In this document: one piece after another, positions 1-9,122 of the stretch
How the letters are laid out: every line of letters starts with the position of its first letter
How positions within the stretch are numbered: the first letter of the stretch is position 1
Source: Actinomycetota bacterium
Lineage (GTDB): Bacteria; Actinomycetota; Coriobacteriia; Anaerosomatales; UBA912
Assembly: GCA_023488435.1 (NCBI GenBank)
Contig: JAMDCK010000022.1
Span: 23,551 to 87,550, forward strand
Reading direction: 5' to 3'
DNA: 64,000 bases
The notes under the pieces: model-generated
What the model was told of the DNA's origin: nothing
The model's input: the letters and a program-made list of their open reading frames with translations, nothing else
Database searches by the model: none
Program-made: the position numbers and the translations under genes

Positions 1-64
1 CCCGCATCGGAAAATCGGTGTGTGGCAGGTTCATTGTGTCTTTGTAGTCTGGCTTCTTGCCCAT
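1..64 (-). CDS. ileS: Isoleucyl-tRNA synthetase, first 21 codons only (gene runs off left edge)
   Basis: Reverse complement of 1-64 reads ATG GGC AAG AAG CCA GAC TAC AAA... = MGKKPDYKDTMNLPHTDFPMR, the conserved IleRS N-terminus. GGGAG sits just upstream (plus 68-72). Confidence 0.7.
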   Translation of the reverse strand, partial: MGKKPDYKDTMNLPHTDFPMR

Positions 65-161
65 GATCTCCCTAGTCCCAAGATCGAGTGTGTCATGTGG
101 AAGTGGCTACATCGGTAGCCCATCTATCGTCACAGGAGTGCAATCCGTCGCAAAGTACGGA

Positions 162-965
162 TTAGTCGATCTCCTCGATGTCATCATCGTCATCCGACTC
201 TCCGAACATCTGCAAGGAGCCTGATCCAAACTCCTTGGGCTCTTCGAAGACCGGAATCTCTGCCTCAAGGTCTGTCGATGCCAGCTCACCAAGGGCTATC
301 GCTTGAACGAAGCCGGACGCAGGCGGCTCGGTGGAGACTGGAGCCACTGCTGCTGGCTTCTCTGCCACTGGTGCAGCGGACGCGCTCGTCTCTTTCCTGG
401 GAGCTGAGGGTTCGGGTGTGGGGTCGGCGGCCTTCGGGCCTGGAGCCTCTGCGGCTCCAACCTTGACGTCTCCCACCACCCCCTCCTCGGTCCGTCCGAG
501 CAGGACGGTGACATCATCCGCAAGTGGCACAACAGTCAGCGCCTTGAGGTGGGACTGGAGCATCTGCGAAAAAGTGCTGCGGAAGTCTTCTTCGGCCTTC
601 TTGATTACCACCAGCTCGGAGGCGACTTTCTGCTTCTGCGTCAAGGCGTCATGGATGATCTCCTTTGCCTTGACCTCCGCATCCTTGAGTATAGAGCTTG
701 CATCGTTCTGTGCGCGGGCGGCGATATCTTCGGCTGAGCGCTGGGCGGCGACAAGTGTGTTGTGCAGGGTCTCCTTCTGGGCCTCGAAGCCCCTGATCTG
801 CTCCCGCGCTGCCTCCAGTCGTTCAGACAGGTCGATATTCTCTTTGAACAGGCGCTCAAACTCATCAGCGACATCATCGAGGAACTTGTCGACCTCATCG
901 ATGGCGTACCCGCGAAGCGAGTTCCTGAACTCTTTGTGGTGTATGTCGAGCGGAGTGAGTTTCAT
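162..965 (-). CDS. divIVA: Cell division / polar growth protein DivIVA
   Basis: N-terminus MKLTPLDIHHKEFRNSLRGYAIDEVDKFLDDV is the canonical DivIVA domain. Coiled-coil middle, Ala/Pro-rich and acidic tail. Sits next to yggT/sepF. Confidence 0.9.
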   Translation of the reverse strand: MKLTPLDIHHKEFRNSLRGYAIDEVDKFLDDVADEFERLFKENIDLSERLEAAREQIRGFEAQKETLHNTLVAAQRSAEDIAARAQNDASSILKDAEVKAKEIIHDALTQKQKVASELVVIKKAEEDFRSTFSQMLQSHLKALTVVPLADDVTVLLGRTEEGVVGDVKVGAAEAPGPKAADPTPEPSAPRKETSASAAPVAEKPAAVAPVSTEPPASGFVQAIALGELASTDLEAEIPVFEEPKEFGSGSLQMFGESDDDDDIEEID

Positions 966-992
966 CGCAAAAAGCCTTTCTTCCCTACCTAC

Positions 993-1265
993 CTATAGAC
1001 CGATTGCCACTAGGGCCGTGACCAAGAGCGGGCGAATCAACCATGACAGTACGAGTATTGCCACGATTGGCGAAATATCTATCATTCCTAGCGACGGAAC
1101 GATCTTTCGAAAGATGCCGATGTATGGCTCGACTACAGTCCCCAAGATTCTGCGGATCTCCCAGATCACCCCTGACGCGGGCAACCATGAGAGTAACACG
1201 TAAGCGATGATCAATATCTGGTAAAAGTCGATGGCCCTGGCCACAACTGAGGACACGTCGATCAC
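993..1265 (-). CDS. yggT: YggT family small membrane protein
   Basis: 90 aa with two hydrophobic segments, in the conserved position between sepF and divIVA. Confidence 0.8.
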   Translation of the reverse strand: MIDVSSVVARAIDFYQILIIAYVLLSWLPASGVIWEIRRILGTVVEPYIGIFRKIVPSLGMIDISPIVAILVLSWLIRPLLVTALVAIGL

Positions 1266-2095
1266 GGGTTCAGCTCCTTCGCCCGAGTGACTGCGGCATT
1301 CACTGCCTTGGCGAATGCGCTCCTAAGCCCACTCTCTTCGAGAGCCGCTATCGCAGCGGCGGTAGCGCCGCCGGGGCTAGCGACATCGTCAGCAAGTTGG
1401 GCAGGGTGGGCTCCCGTGGTTTCCAGCAGATCCGCTGTCCCACGCATCGTCTGAACGACTAGGGCCTGGGCTGCCTCTCTTGAAAGTCCATGCTGCACGC
1501 CGGCCCGCGTCAAAGCATCGATGACGATGGCCATGTATGCCGGCCCGCACCCTGAGATGGCCGTTGCGGCATCGAGGTGCTGCTCGGCAAGAATGATCGT
1601 CTCGCCGACAGAGCCGAAGAGAGCCTGTGCTAACGCGATCTGCTCATCAGACACCTCGGCGCCGGGACAGATCACGCTCATCCCCTGCCCCGCCATCACA
1701 GGAGTGTTAGGCATCACGCGCACGACAGCAGTCGCTTGCGGTAGGACCGACTCCAGCCGAGTAGTGGTCACACCCGCGGCAATCGAGATTACCAGCGCTG
1801 AGCCGACAATGGGAGCGAGTTTCGGCAACACAGACGGCAGGGCCTGCGGCTTGACCGCCAGCAAAGCCACATCGAACCCGGTCTCAATCTCTTGTGGAGT
1901 GGGGAAACAGAGGACACCGTATGTGTCGGTCAAAACCGAGCGGCGACCAGGCGAAGGCTCGACAACGGTGATGCTCGAGGACTCTAGGGCTCCGCTGGAC
2001 ACCAGTCCAGCAATGATGGCTTCGCCCATCCTGCCACCGCCGATGACGGCAAGGCGGGTCTCCCGCGCGAGCGCCAATCCAGCGCTGGACGTCAT
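1262..2095 (-). CDS. proC: Pyrroline-5-carboxylate reductase
   Basis: 277 aa with an N-terminal Rossmann motif (IGGGRMGEAI) and a ProC-type C-terminal dimerisation region (SPGGATAAAI). Confidence 0.9.
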   Translation of the reverse strand: MTSSAGLALARETRLAVIGGGRMGEAIIAGLVSSGALESSSITVVEPSPGRRSVLTDTYGVLCFPTPQEIETGFDVALLAVKPQALPSVLPKLAPIVGSALVISIAAGVTTTRLESVLPQATAVVRVMPNTPVMAGQGMSVICPGAEVSDEQIALAQALFGSVGETIILAEQHLDAATAISGCGPAYMAIVIDALTRAGVQHGLSREAAQALVVQTMRGTADLLETTGAHPAQLADDVASPGGATAAAIAALEESGLRSAFAKAVNAAVTRAKELNP

Positions 2096-2643
2096 AGGTC
2101 GACTCCGCCGAACAGCCCTCGGTCCTTCATGCGCCTGACATCCCCGTCGGAAACGTCGACGTTAGTCGGAGTCAGCATGAACACCTTATCCGACACTCTT
2201 TGCAAGCCGCCATCGAGTCCGTAGGTCAGCCCGCTGGCGAAGTCGATGAATCGCTTAGCTAGCTCCGGAGACGTGCTTGTCATGTTGATGATGACCGGAG
2301 TGCCTTGTTTGAACTTGTCTGCGATGCTCTGTGCCTCGTTGAAGCCCTTGGGCTCCACTATATGCATCTTGAGCTGCGGAGATATGCTGCTGACCTCAGA
2401 AGCCGATGGGACAGCACGCAGTCTCTGGGGCTCCCTTGACCAATCGCGCGAATAGTCGGCCTCGGGCTGCCGCTCGATTCGGCGGACCGAACTCGAGCGC
2501 TCGGTGGCCCGTGAGCTCCACTGCTCTTCAGGTTCCGCATCGTCCTCGTCGCGGATTCCGTCGTCATCTTCGTCGTCATAATCGTCGTAGTAGTCGTAAT
2601 CACCGAAACCAAGACGCGCCTTGATTCTATTCCAAAGACCCAC
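2092..2643 (-). CDS. sepF: Cell division protein SepF
   Basis: The track ORF is 2092-2733. The likely true start is the GTG at 2643, giving (M)GLWNRIKARLGF, the conserved SepF membrane-binding helix. GGAGGA lies 6 nt upstream, and this start removes the overlap with yggS. Acidic DYDYYDD linker and a C-terminal SepF domain (PKGFNEAQSIADKFK). Confidence 0.85.
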   Translation of the reverse strand: MGLWNRIKARLGFGDYDYYDDYDDEDDDGIRDEDDAEPEEQWSSRATERSSSVRRIERQPEADYSRDWSREPQRLRAVPSASEVSSISPQLKMHIVEPKGFNEAQSIADKFKQGTPVIINMTSTSPELAKRFIDFASGLTYGLDGGLQRVSDKVFMLTPTNVDVSDGDVRRMKDRGLFGGVDL

Positions 2644-2671
2644 GATCACTCCTCCGCCTGGGAGCCTTCGG

Positions 2672-3349
2672 CTATCTGCCGAAGATGGCCCGACCGATAC
2701 GAACAATGGTAGACCCTTCTTCGACCGCAACACGATAGTCGTTGGTCATACCCATTGAAAGTTCATCTAACTCTACCCCATTGTGGGGCTTGACGCACAG
2801 GTTATCCCGCACTTCTCGCAACTCCTGGAAGACCCAGCGCTGATCCTCGGGGGAGCCGAACGGGGCCATCGTCATCAAGCCCTTCACCACGATGTTGTCC
2901 ATCTTGTCGGCTTCGAGCAAAACATCTGCGAGGTCGCACGGCGCAAATCCATGCTTCGTGGCCTCGCCGGCGACGTTGACCTGCAACAGGACCGGCTGCC
3001 TGACGTCGACATCCGCAGCCCTCGAATCGATGGTTTCGAGTAGCCTGAGTGAATCGACCGAGTGAATCAGGTGCGCCTTCCCGACCACATGCTTGGCCTT
3101 GTTCGTCTGCAAAGTGCCGATGAAATGCCACCTGGCTTCCGGGAACATCGCCTGCTTTCCCGAGAATTCCTGGACCCTGTTCTCTCCCAGATCTAGGATG
3201 CCGGCTGCCAGAGCTTGCTGAATCTCCGGTACGCCGACGTTCTTGGTTACGGCGACCACGGTGATGTCACAGGCATCCCGGCCGACATGGTCAGCGGCTT
3301 CGGCAACCTGTCTGCAAATCCACTCGTATCGCTCAGCAATCGCGCCCAA
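2672..3349 (-). CDS. yggS: PLP-binding homeostasis protein YggS (alanine-racemase-fold)
   Basis: 225 aa with the VAVTK PLP-lysine motif, GENRVQE and HFIG..Q.NK motifs. Classic position next to sepF. Confidence 0.9.
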   Translation of the reverse strand: MGAIAERYEWICRQVAEAADHVGRDACDITVVAVTKNVGVPEIQQALAAGILDLGENRVQEFSGKQAMFPEARWHFIGTLQTNKAKHVVGKAHLIHSVDSLRLLETIDSRAADVDVRQPVLLQVNVAGEATKHGFAPCDLADVLLEADKMDNIVVKGLMTMAPFGSPEDQRWVFQELREVRDNLCVKPHNGVELDELSMGMTNDYRVAVEEGSTIVRIGRAIFGR

Positions 3350-3357
3350 AGAAGGTT

Positions 3358-4023
3358 CTATTGCTCCTCGTTCGGCGTGCAGGAACCATCGAACTCACCA
3401 GTGACCAGGTATGCGATTCGCTCTCCGATGTCGACTGCATTGTCAGCGATGCGCTCAAGATAGCGTGCCGCCAAGACCATCGAAGATGCCCACTCGATAT
3501 CCTCGTCCTCGTCCAATCTGCCAAGCTCTCTGAAGAACTGCTTGTAGAGATGGTCAATCGGCTCGTCGAGGTCTTCCAGTTTTCTGGCAAGCTCCAGGTC
3601 GCTGTTTTTCAGGGCCTCGCTCATCGCTTCGAGTACGCGATAAACGAGATTACCCTGTGCCTGGATCAGGTCGTAGAGAGTCTGGGGCCCACGACGTCCA
3701 GCAGTTCGCTTGGTGGCACGAGCGATGTTGACCGACAGGTCCGCCATGCGCTCAAGATGCAGCGAGATGTAGGTCAGCGAATACAGCAACCTGAGATCCC
3801 GGGCCACCGGGAACTGGGTCGCTATGATCTCGATAGCGTGCTCCTCGACCCCGAGGCATCGGCGATCGAAGTCAGAGTCGCCATCGATTACAAGCTGGGC
3901 TGCATCGACATCACCGTCGACGAGGGAACGTACGGCGAGTCTGGTAACCTCCGTGACGTCGTGGGATATCTCGACGACCTCTGCCCTTAGGTCTCTCAGT
4001 TCATTCCTGAATTCTTCGCGCAT
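3358..4023 (-). CDS. phoU: Phosphate signalling accessory protein PhoU
   Basis: Two PhoU repeats (E..ID, RD..R..ER.AD motifs). Start refined to the ATG at 4023 (MREEFRNEL...), preceded by AAGGAG. The track ORF extends to 4113. Confidence 0.85.
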   Translation of the reverse strand: MREEFRNELRDLRAEVVEISHDVTEVTRLAVRSLVDGDVDAAQLVIDGDSDFDRRCLGVEEHAIEIIATQFPVARDLRLLYSLTYISLHLERMADLSVNIARATKRTAGRRGPQTLYDLIQAQGNLVYRVLEAMSEALKNSDLELARKLEDLDEPIDHLYKQFFRELGRLDEDEDIEWASSMVLAARYLERIADNAVDIGERIAYLVTGEFDGSCTPNEEQ

Positions 4024-4069
4024 ATTCGCGCACTCCTTAATATGACGAATACGATTGAGTCTACGCCTG

Positions 4070-4078
4070 ATTATAACA
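4070..4078 (-). promoter_or_regulatory. Candidate extended -10 promoter for phoU (TGTTATAAT on minus strand)
   Basis: Minus strand reads ctgcTGtTATAATcagg about 47 nt upstream of the phoU ATG, in an AT-rich 145-nt gap. Confidence 0.4.
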
Positions 4079-4156
4079 GCAGATTGATCGATTCCGAGAC
4101 CACCATCAGCCATTACTCGAACCGATTAGTTATGGCGAACCGGTGTCAACAGAGTG

Positions 4157-4178
4157 TAAAAAATCGATTCACTCGATT
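4157..4178 (-). terminator. Weak intrinsic terminator at end of pgeF
   Basis: Minus strand AATCGA-gtgaa-TCGATT hairpin followed directly by TTTTTT. The hairpin overlaps the pgeF stop codon. Confidence 0.4.
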
Positions 4179-4993
4179 GAGGCCAGCGCTCCATGGCGAC
4201 CAGTGGTTCCCTCCGAACGATACGAAAAGAAGCGATCTGTGTTGTGTGCGGTGCATATCTGCAGACTGGCGATGCGCCCGACAAGAAGCCCCGCGCGGAG
4301 CAAGCTGATCTCAACAGCAGCGTGAAGGTCGATGTTCGGGCCAGCCACAACGGATTGCCCGAACTTGGCAGCGAAGGCCGACGAAAGCTCTTCGGCGACT
4401 CGAAAACAGCAACTCCCGATATGTGCGCCGATGTAGGCGGAGATACCTTGAGGGGAGCATCCGGCTCGATTTATCAACTCAACTGCTGCCCGCTCTGGAA
4501 GCGAGCTCATTATCCCTCTCCAGCCGGCATGGACCACGCAGACCGAGGGGATCGGACCCTCGGCGACCAAGATGATTGGAACGCAATCGGCATACAGCAT
4601 TAGCAGGGGGACATGGCGCTCGTGGGTCAGCAGTGCATCGCTGGCCGCCGCGATGAATGGATCGGCGTACCCGGACGCCCTGCAGCACAACGCTCCCCGA
4701 TCGATGATCGCTATCGAATCGCCATGAACTTGCTCGGCGACTACGAGATCGACTACCTCCGGATCGATGCGAGCCGCCGAAAGAAACCTGGCTCTATTCG
4801 CAGCCACGTGTGCCGCATCATCCCCGACGTGAGTGGCGAGATTCAGTGATCGCCAGGATGATCGACTGACTCCCCCTGTGCGCTCGGAGAACGCAACTTG
4901 AATCCGGGAGCGATCGTACAGGCTTTGATCGGTATGGATCACCACCCCGTCGGATTGCTCGCGTCTGTCGAGCCGAGGTATCGGAAGCGTCAT
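4169..4993 (-). CDS. pgeF: YfiH/PgeF family (laccase-domain) purine nucleoside phosphorylase / peptidoglycan editing factor
   Basis: 274 aa with family motifs QVHG, YADCVPI and HAGWRG. Conserved neighbour of ftsZ in Gram-positives. Confidence 0.85.
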   Translation of the reverse strand: MTLPIPRLDRREQSDGVVIHTDQSLYDRSRIQVAFSERTGGVSRSSWRSLNLATHVGDDAAHVAANRARFLSAARIDPEVVDLVVAEQVHGDSIAIIDRGALCCRASGYADPFIAAASDALLTHERHVPLLMLYADCVPIILVAEGPIPSVCVVHAGWRGIMSSLPERAAVELINRAGCSPQGISAYIGAHIGSCCFRVAEELSSAFAAKFGQSVVAGPNIDLHAAVEISLLRAGLLVGRIASLQICTAHNTDRFFSYRSEGTTGRHGALASIE

Positions 4994-5149
4994 TTGTCAA
5001 TCCTCCGATTTCCGCTTGAATTCATTCTGGCCTCTACGCATGATACCGGAGCCTCGGAGACTTTCATGATTAGAGAGTCCTGGTTAGGGATAGAATCGTA
5101 TAGGATTGAGTTTGCGATGGCGGGATTGAAGGTTTGGGAAGGGGACGCA

Positions 5150-5950
5150 ATGAATCTTTCAAGAGCCCTGTCGGCACCCTTTGAGGATCGAGAGTGGTTG
5201 GTCAAGGTAGGGCTGGGGGGCCTGTGGGGGCTACTGCTCCCACTGATACCAGCGCAATTGGGGGCCATGCTCGCATACATCCGCTCCGTGGCAGAGGGCA
5301 ATGAGGAGCTTCCCTCGTGGAACGATTTCGGGCAGAAGTGGATTCAAGGCTTGCTGGTGATGATAGGTATGTTCATCTACAACCTACCCGCAGTGATACT
5401 TCTGGGGATACAGGCAGTCATAGCAGCCGGAGCCGGGATGGTCGGAGATCCTGCAGCATTGGGCGCGAGCTTCGCTACCATCTGCCTGCTAAGCGTCCTG
5501 TCTTTCACATGGATGATATTGGTTTCAGTGATTTATGGAGCAGGGATGGTAAACTTCGCCATGACCGGACGCTTTGGATCGATGTTTGCCTTTGGCGAGA
5601 TCATCGGTCGCATTCGGTCAGGGACCGGGTATTTCAAAGCCTGGGGTCTCTCTCTACTGATCTATGTCATCGCCGGCGTCCTGATGGGTATCCTATGGAT
5701 GGTCATCGTAGGATATGTCTTGATGTTCTGGATTTATTTCCTGTCCTATATTTTTGCTGGACACGTTTTTGGTCAGTGGGCCCGCTCTGCGTACGGTGTG
5801 ACCCCGGCAGTACAGGGAACTTCAACCGGGTTCACTCCCGGCGCACCTGCACCTCCTGCACCTCCCGCTCCCCCCGCACCCCCGGCACCTCCCGCTCCCC
5901 CGGCTCCTCCTGCGCCTCCCGCTGCTCCTGAGCCCGCGAAAACACCTTAG
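5150..5950 (+). CDS. DUF4013-type polytopic membrane protein with Pro/Ala repeat tail
   Basis: Start refined to the ATG at 5150 (MNLSRALSAPFEDREWLVKVGLGG...LPSWNDFGQKW...), matching my recollection of the DUF4013 N-terminal pattern. An alternative ATG lies at 5117. About 5 TM segments, ending in (PAP)n. Confidence 0.7.
   Translation: MNLSRALSAPFEDREWLVKVGLGGLWGLLLPLIPAQLGAMLAYIRSVAEGNEELPSWNDFGQKWIQGLLVMIGMFIYNLPAVILLGIQAVIAAGAGMVGDPAALGASFATICLLSVLSFTWMILVSVIYGAGMVNFAMTGRFGSMFAFGEIIGRIRSGTGYFKAWGLSLLIYVIAGVLMGILWMVIVGYVLMFWIYFLSYIFAGHVFGQWARSAYGVTPAVQGTSTGFTPGAPAPPAPPAPPAPPAPPAPPAPPAPPAAPEPAKTP
5840..5935 (+). repeat. Imperfect 9-bp (Pro-Ala-Pro) coding repeat, about 9 units
   Basis: The translation is GAPAPPAPPAPPAPPAPPAPPAPPAPPAAPEP. 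Nucleotide units vary at synonymous positions. Confidence 0.9.
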
Positions 5951-5956
5951 AACGCC

Positions 5957-5999
5957 GAAGCCGGGTCCAGCGAGGATCTACCTCGATGAACCCGGCTTC
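5957..5999. terminator. Hairpin between convergent DUF4013 gene and ftsZ
   Basis: GAAGCCGGGT (5957-5966) pairs perfectly with ACCCGGCTTC (5990-5999). The loop holds an inner cgagg/cctcg stem. U-tracts are weak on both strands. Confidence 0.5.
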
Positions 6000-6034
6000 A
6001 AACTTTCACGCTCCGCGCTTAGGAGCCGTGGTAC

Positions 6035-7111
6035 TCAGTAAGTGCGCTTCTTCAAGAAGGCTGGGATGTCTAGCTCGTCCTCGGCTGGGGTCATCGGCTC
6101 GTAAGTAGGAAGAGACGGAACGACCTCATCTGAGGAGAACTGCATCGCCTCCTGCCTTCTGCGCCCTTCGAATCCGGTTGCTATAACGGTCACGCGGATC
6201 TGATCCATCATGGAGTCATCGATCATGGCGCCGAAGATGATGTTGGCGTCAGGGTGAGCCGCCTGTGCGACGGCCTCGGCTGCCTCGTTCACCTCGAAAA
6301 GCCCAAGGTCGCTACCGCCAGCTATGGACAACAGAACACCTTGCGCACCCTCGATGCTGCTCTCCAGCAGCGGGCTCGATATGGCGGCCTTCGCGGCATC
6401 GTGAGCCCTGTTGTCGCCTGCTGATATGCCGATTCCCATCAGAGCACTGCCCGCATCCTGCATAATGGTGCGAACATCTGCGAAGTCTAGGTTGATGAGA
6501 CCCGGAACCGTGATGAGGTCTGTGATCCCCTGGGTTCCCTGGCGAAGTATGTCATCAGCAACCCTGAATGCATCTAGAATCGAAGTCTTCTTCTCGGCGA
6601 CCTGGAGCAACCGGTCGTTAGGGATGACAATCAGAGTATCAACGACCTCACTCAATCGCTTGATTCCTTCTTCGGCCTGGAGTGCGCGCTTGCGACCCTC
6701 AAAGGCGAAGGGCCGAGTGACGACCCCGACAGTGAGCGCCCCGATCTCTTCTTTGGCGATCTGAGCGATTATGGGGGCAGCTCCGGTGCCGGTTCCACCG
6801 CCCTGGCCTGCTGTAATGAAGACCATGTCTGCACCCTGAAGTGCTTCTTTGATCTCGGCACGATTCTCTTCTGCGGCCTGATACCCGACATCAGGCTCGG
6901 CCCCGGCGCCGAGCCCCTTAGTGAGCCCGACACCGATGTGAACCTTATAGTCTGCGTCGGACATCAGCAGAGCCTGAGCGTCGGTGTTGATGGCGATGAA
7001 CTCAACGCCCTTCACACCTGCCTCGACCATGCGGTTCACCGCGTTGGTGCCGCCACCGCCGATTCCGGCGACTTTGATGACGGCTAGATAATTGGCACCA
7101 GTGTCAATCAT
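6035..7111 (-). CDS. ftsZ: Cell division GTPase FtsZ
   Basis: GGGTGTG tubulin signature, NTDAQAL, and the C-terminal peptide DIPAFLKK. Confidence 0.98.
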   Translation of the reverse strand: MIDTGANYLAVIKVAGIGGGGTNAVNRMVEAGVKGVEFIAINTDAQALLMSDADYKVHIGVGLTKGLGAGAEPDVGYQAAEENRAEIKEALQGADMVFITAGQGGGTGTGAAPIIAQIAKEEIGALTVGVVTRPFAFEGRKRALQAEEGIKRLSEVVDTLIVIPNDRLLQVAEKKTSILDAFRVADDILRQGTQGITDLITVPGLINLDFADVRTIMQDAGSALMGIGISAGDNRAHDAAKAAISSPLLESSIEGAQGVLLSIAGGSDLGLFEVNEAAEAVAQAAHPDANIIFGAMIDDSMMDQIRVTVIATGFEGRRRQEAMQFSSDEVVPSLPTYEPMTPAEDELDIPAFLKKRTY

Positions 7112-7207
7112 TTCCCCTCCAAACCACTTCGTTCGGATAGAGTTTCGGTTAGTGTAAACGTCAACTTGAAGGTTATACTACTGACATAACAGTCTATCTT
7201 TGCATAA

Positions 7208-7236
7208 AGGTTATGCAACATGCAACACCTTGTCAA
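7208..7236 (-). promoter_or_regulatory. Candidate ftsZ promoter (TTGACA-17-TAACCT) in AT-rich 200-nt gap
   Basis: Minus strand has TTGACA at 7236-7231 and TAACCT at 7213-7208. The spacer holds a tandem ATGCAAC-ATGCAAC (plus strand). Confidence 0.3.
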
Positions 7237-7311
7237 ATCTTTGTTAGCTGGCGCCAATCACATTCTTGATGGCATGTGGAGAAAAAGCGGGTCTGAGCTG
7301 GGGTTGGGCTC

Positions 7312-8214
7312 CTATTCAAGGGCTCGCCAGGTAGGACGCTCTATCGACCTTACATTTATATATACGACCTTCCCCGCTCTCTCCTGAAGTATCGCGAATG
7401 CAATCTGCTGCTTCTCAAGCATGTTCTCGGCAGCACCAACGAATATCTCCACCCCATCCTCGGTGATGATTGCGGTCTCTTCCACAGTGGGGGCCGAAAT
7501 AGCGCGGGTAATGGCAAGCATCTCCTGATTGAGAGCCCCGTAAACTCGTAGCGCATTCTCCAGCGCATCGCTGTCCGGACGACCGCCCACTACAGGCTCG
7601 ATATCCTGGATGTCACGAATCACCAAGGCTGCGGGCGCAGCTGTTGTCAACTGTTGCTCGAGTACGTTTCCAAGGCGATCGATGGCGTAGAGCTCCTGGC
7701 CCACATCAAGAATAGCTGCAGGCACTCTTTCAGTGATGTTTATCCTCAACGTCGTCGGAATCCGCCGGGAAACATCTGCCGAGGCAACCCATGGATCCCT
7801 TTCCACCCGTCGCTCGATGTCAGTAACGGCAACCCTGAGCAGCGTCTCATTCTCGGGAAGCTTGGCCAGATCGATCACCTCTTGATCCGTGAGTCGGTTG
7901 TTCCCAACAACATCGACCGATTGGATCTTGAATATGTCTGACCGAACGATCGCTATTACCGAAAAGGCTACTATCGCTAAGGCAGCGGCAACGGCACATA
8001 CGACCAGTATTTGGCGTCGGGCGCGAGCATGCTGTCTCTGCTCTCTGACGATCCGCTTGCGTGCGGATAAGGTCGATCGGCTGTTACCCCTGCCTCGGTT
8101 GGGGGGAACGAGTCGGCCCACACGTGATGACTCACCCTTGGCTTTAGGCTGAGCTTTAGAGGCTGCCCCCTTGCGCGGGATCTGACTGGATATGAGTTTT
8201 CTGCGTCGCTTCAT
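7312..8214 (-). CDS. ftsQ: Cell division protein FtsQ/DivIB
   Basis: Basic N-terminal tail, one TM helix (ILVVCAVAAALAIVAFSVIAIV), then a POTRA-like segment (IQSVDVVGNNRLTDQEVI). Lies between murB and ftsZ. Confidence 0.8.
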   Translation of the reverse strand: MKRRRKLISSQIPRKGAASKAQPKAKGESSRVGRLVPPNRGRGNSRSTLSARKRIVREQRQHARARRQILVVCAVAAALAIVAFSVIAIVRSDIFKIQSVDVVGNNRLTDQEVIDLAKLPENETLLRVAVTDIERRVERDPWVASADVSRRIPTTLRINITERVPAAILDVGQELYAIDRLGNVLEQQLTTAAPAALVIRDIQDIEPVVGGRPDSDALENALRVYGALNQEMLAITRAISAPTVEETAIITEDGVEIFVGAAENMLEKQQIAFAILQERAGKVVYINVRSIERPTWRALE

Positions 8215-9122
8215 TGGAATGATCCCAGGAACTTGATCTCCGGCTTGAGTTCGACGCCATGGAGATCCAATACGGTGTCCCGTGCGTCGTGCAACAAGCG
8301 CAGTACGTCCTTGGCTGTTGCTCCTCCATGATTGACGATGAAATTGGCGTGAACTTCAGAGATGCTCGCCGCCCCTGATCTGGCCCCCTTGAGTCCAACA
8401 CTTTCGATGAGTCGACCCGCGGAATCCCCCTCCGGGTTCCTAAATACACTGCCGGCGCACGGCAGGCCTATCGGTTGCGTCCGCTTCCTGCGTGCAAGTG
8501 CGCTATCCATCCTTCGGCGGATTGAGACCACGTCCCCCTCCGCAACCCTTAGGCTACACTCGACGGTGATGCCTCTGATCGGGACCGCAGAGGCACGATA
8601 ACCCCAAGCGATCTCGTGGCCTCTAACTCCAACGAGCTCCCCGCCCGGTTGAAGTAGCGTGACCGAACTCACCACCGATCCTATCCAGTCATCACCGGTG
8701 CCTGCATTCATCGCTAGGGCTCCCCCGACAGTTCCTGGGATTCCAACGGCGAACTCGAGTCCAGACAGCCCTGCTGCGTATGCGTCTTGAACAACATGTG
8801 CCAAAATTGCACCGGCCCCGGCGATCAATTGCCCGTCACGGACCCAATGCTTTCGAAAATCCCGGCCAAGTATGATCACCGCCCCGCGATATCCGGCGTC
8901 AGCGGCCAATATGTTGCTGCCTTTGCCAAGTACCGTCCACTCAATCTGGAATTCTTCGAGGATCCTGGTGGCCGCTCTCAGGTCGGCAAGTGTGTCAGCG
9001 ATGATCAATATATCCGCCGGTCCACCAATCCGGTACGTGGTATACCTGGCAAGCGGTTCATTGAGCCTCACCACGCCGGTGAGCGCTGCACTCAGCTGCG
9101 AAAACGCACTCGCTATCGACAC
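8211..9122 (-). CDS. murB: UDP-N-acetylenolpyruvoylglucosamine reductase
   Basis: FAD-binding domain (RIGGPADIL...LGKGSNIL) and a MurB C-terminal domain (GSVFRNP). Its stop overlaps the ftsQ start by 4 nt. Confidence 0.93.
   Translation of the reverse strand: MSIASAFSQLSAALTGVVRLNEPLARYTTYRIGGPADILIIADTLADLRAATRILEEFQIEWTVLGKGSNILAADAGYRGAVIILGRDFRKHWVRDGQLIAGAGAILAHVVQDAYAAGLSGLEFAVGIPGTVGGALAMNAGTGDDWIGSVVSSVTLLQPGGELVGVRGHEIAWGYRASAVPIRGITVECSLRVAEGDVVSIRRRMDSALARRKRTQPIGLPCAGSVFRNPEGDSAGRLIESVGLKGARSGAASISEVHANFIVNHGGATAKDVLRLLHDARDTVLDLHGVELKPEIKFLGSFQ

Noticed and set aside
65-161. Possible T-box riboswitch upstream of ileS, and the hairpin GGCTAC-atcg-GTAGCC (105-120) as a divIVA terminator.
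   Set aside because: Only 97 nt are available, with no T-box consensus and no specifier/antiterminator architecture. The hairpin has a 6-bp stem and no U-tract.
331-1203. Long antisense or alternative-frame ORFs throughout the track. Examples: 331-1203 +, 1521-2138 +, 11638-12567 -, 16249-16893 +, 19959-20597 +, 21151-21783 +, 30212-30787 -, 40570-41307 +, 43158-43811 -, 43873-44625 +, 45972-46886 +, 48122-48781 +.
   Set aside because: Each lies entirely inside a gene with strong family motifs in another frame. Their translations are Arg/Ser/Pro/Ala-rich low-complexity strings with no recognisable motifs, which is typical of shadow ORFs in high-GC DNA.
7112-7311. A small RNA or tRNA in the 200-nt AT-rich ftsQ-ftsZ gap, and in the other gaps 57673-57784, 61574-61681 and 63007-63119.
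   Set aside because: No cloverleaf-compatible stems or conserved RNA motifs are visible. The content is better explained by promoter and leader sequences for ftsZ and the pilus genes.
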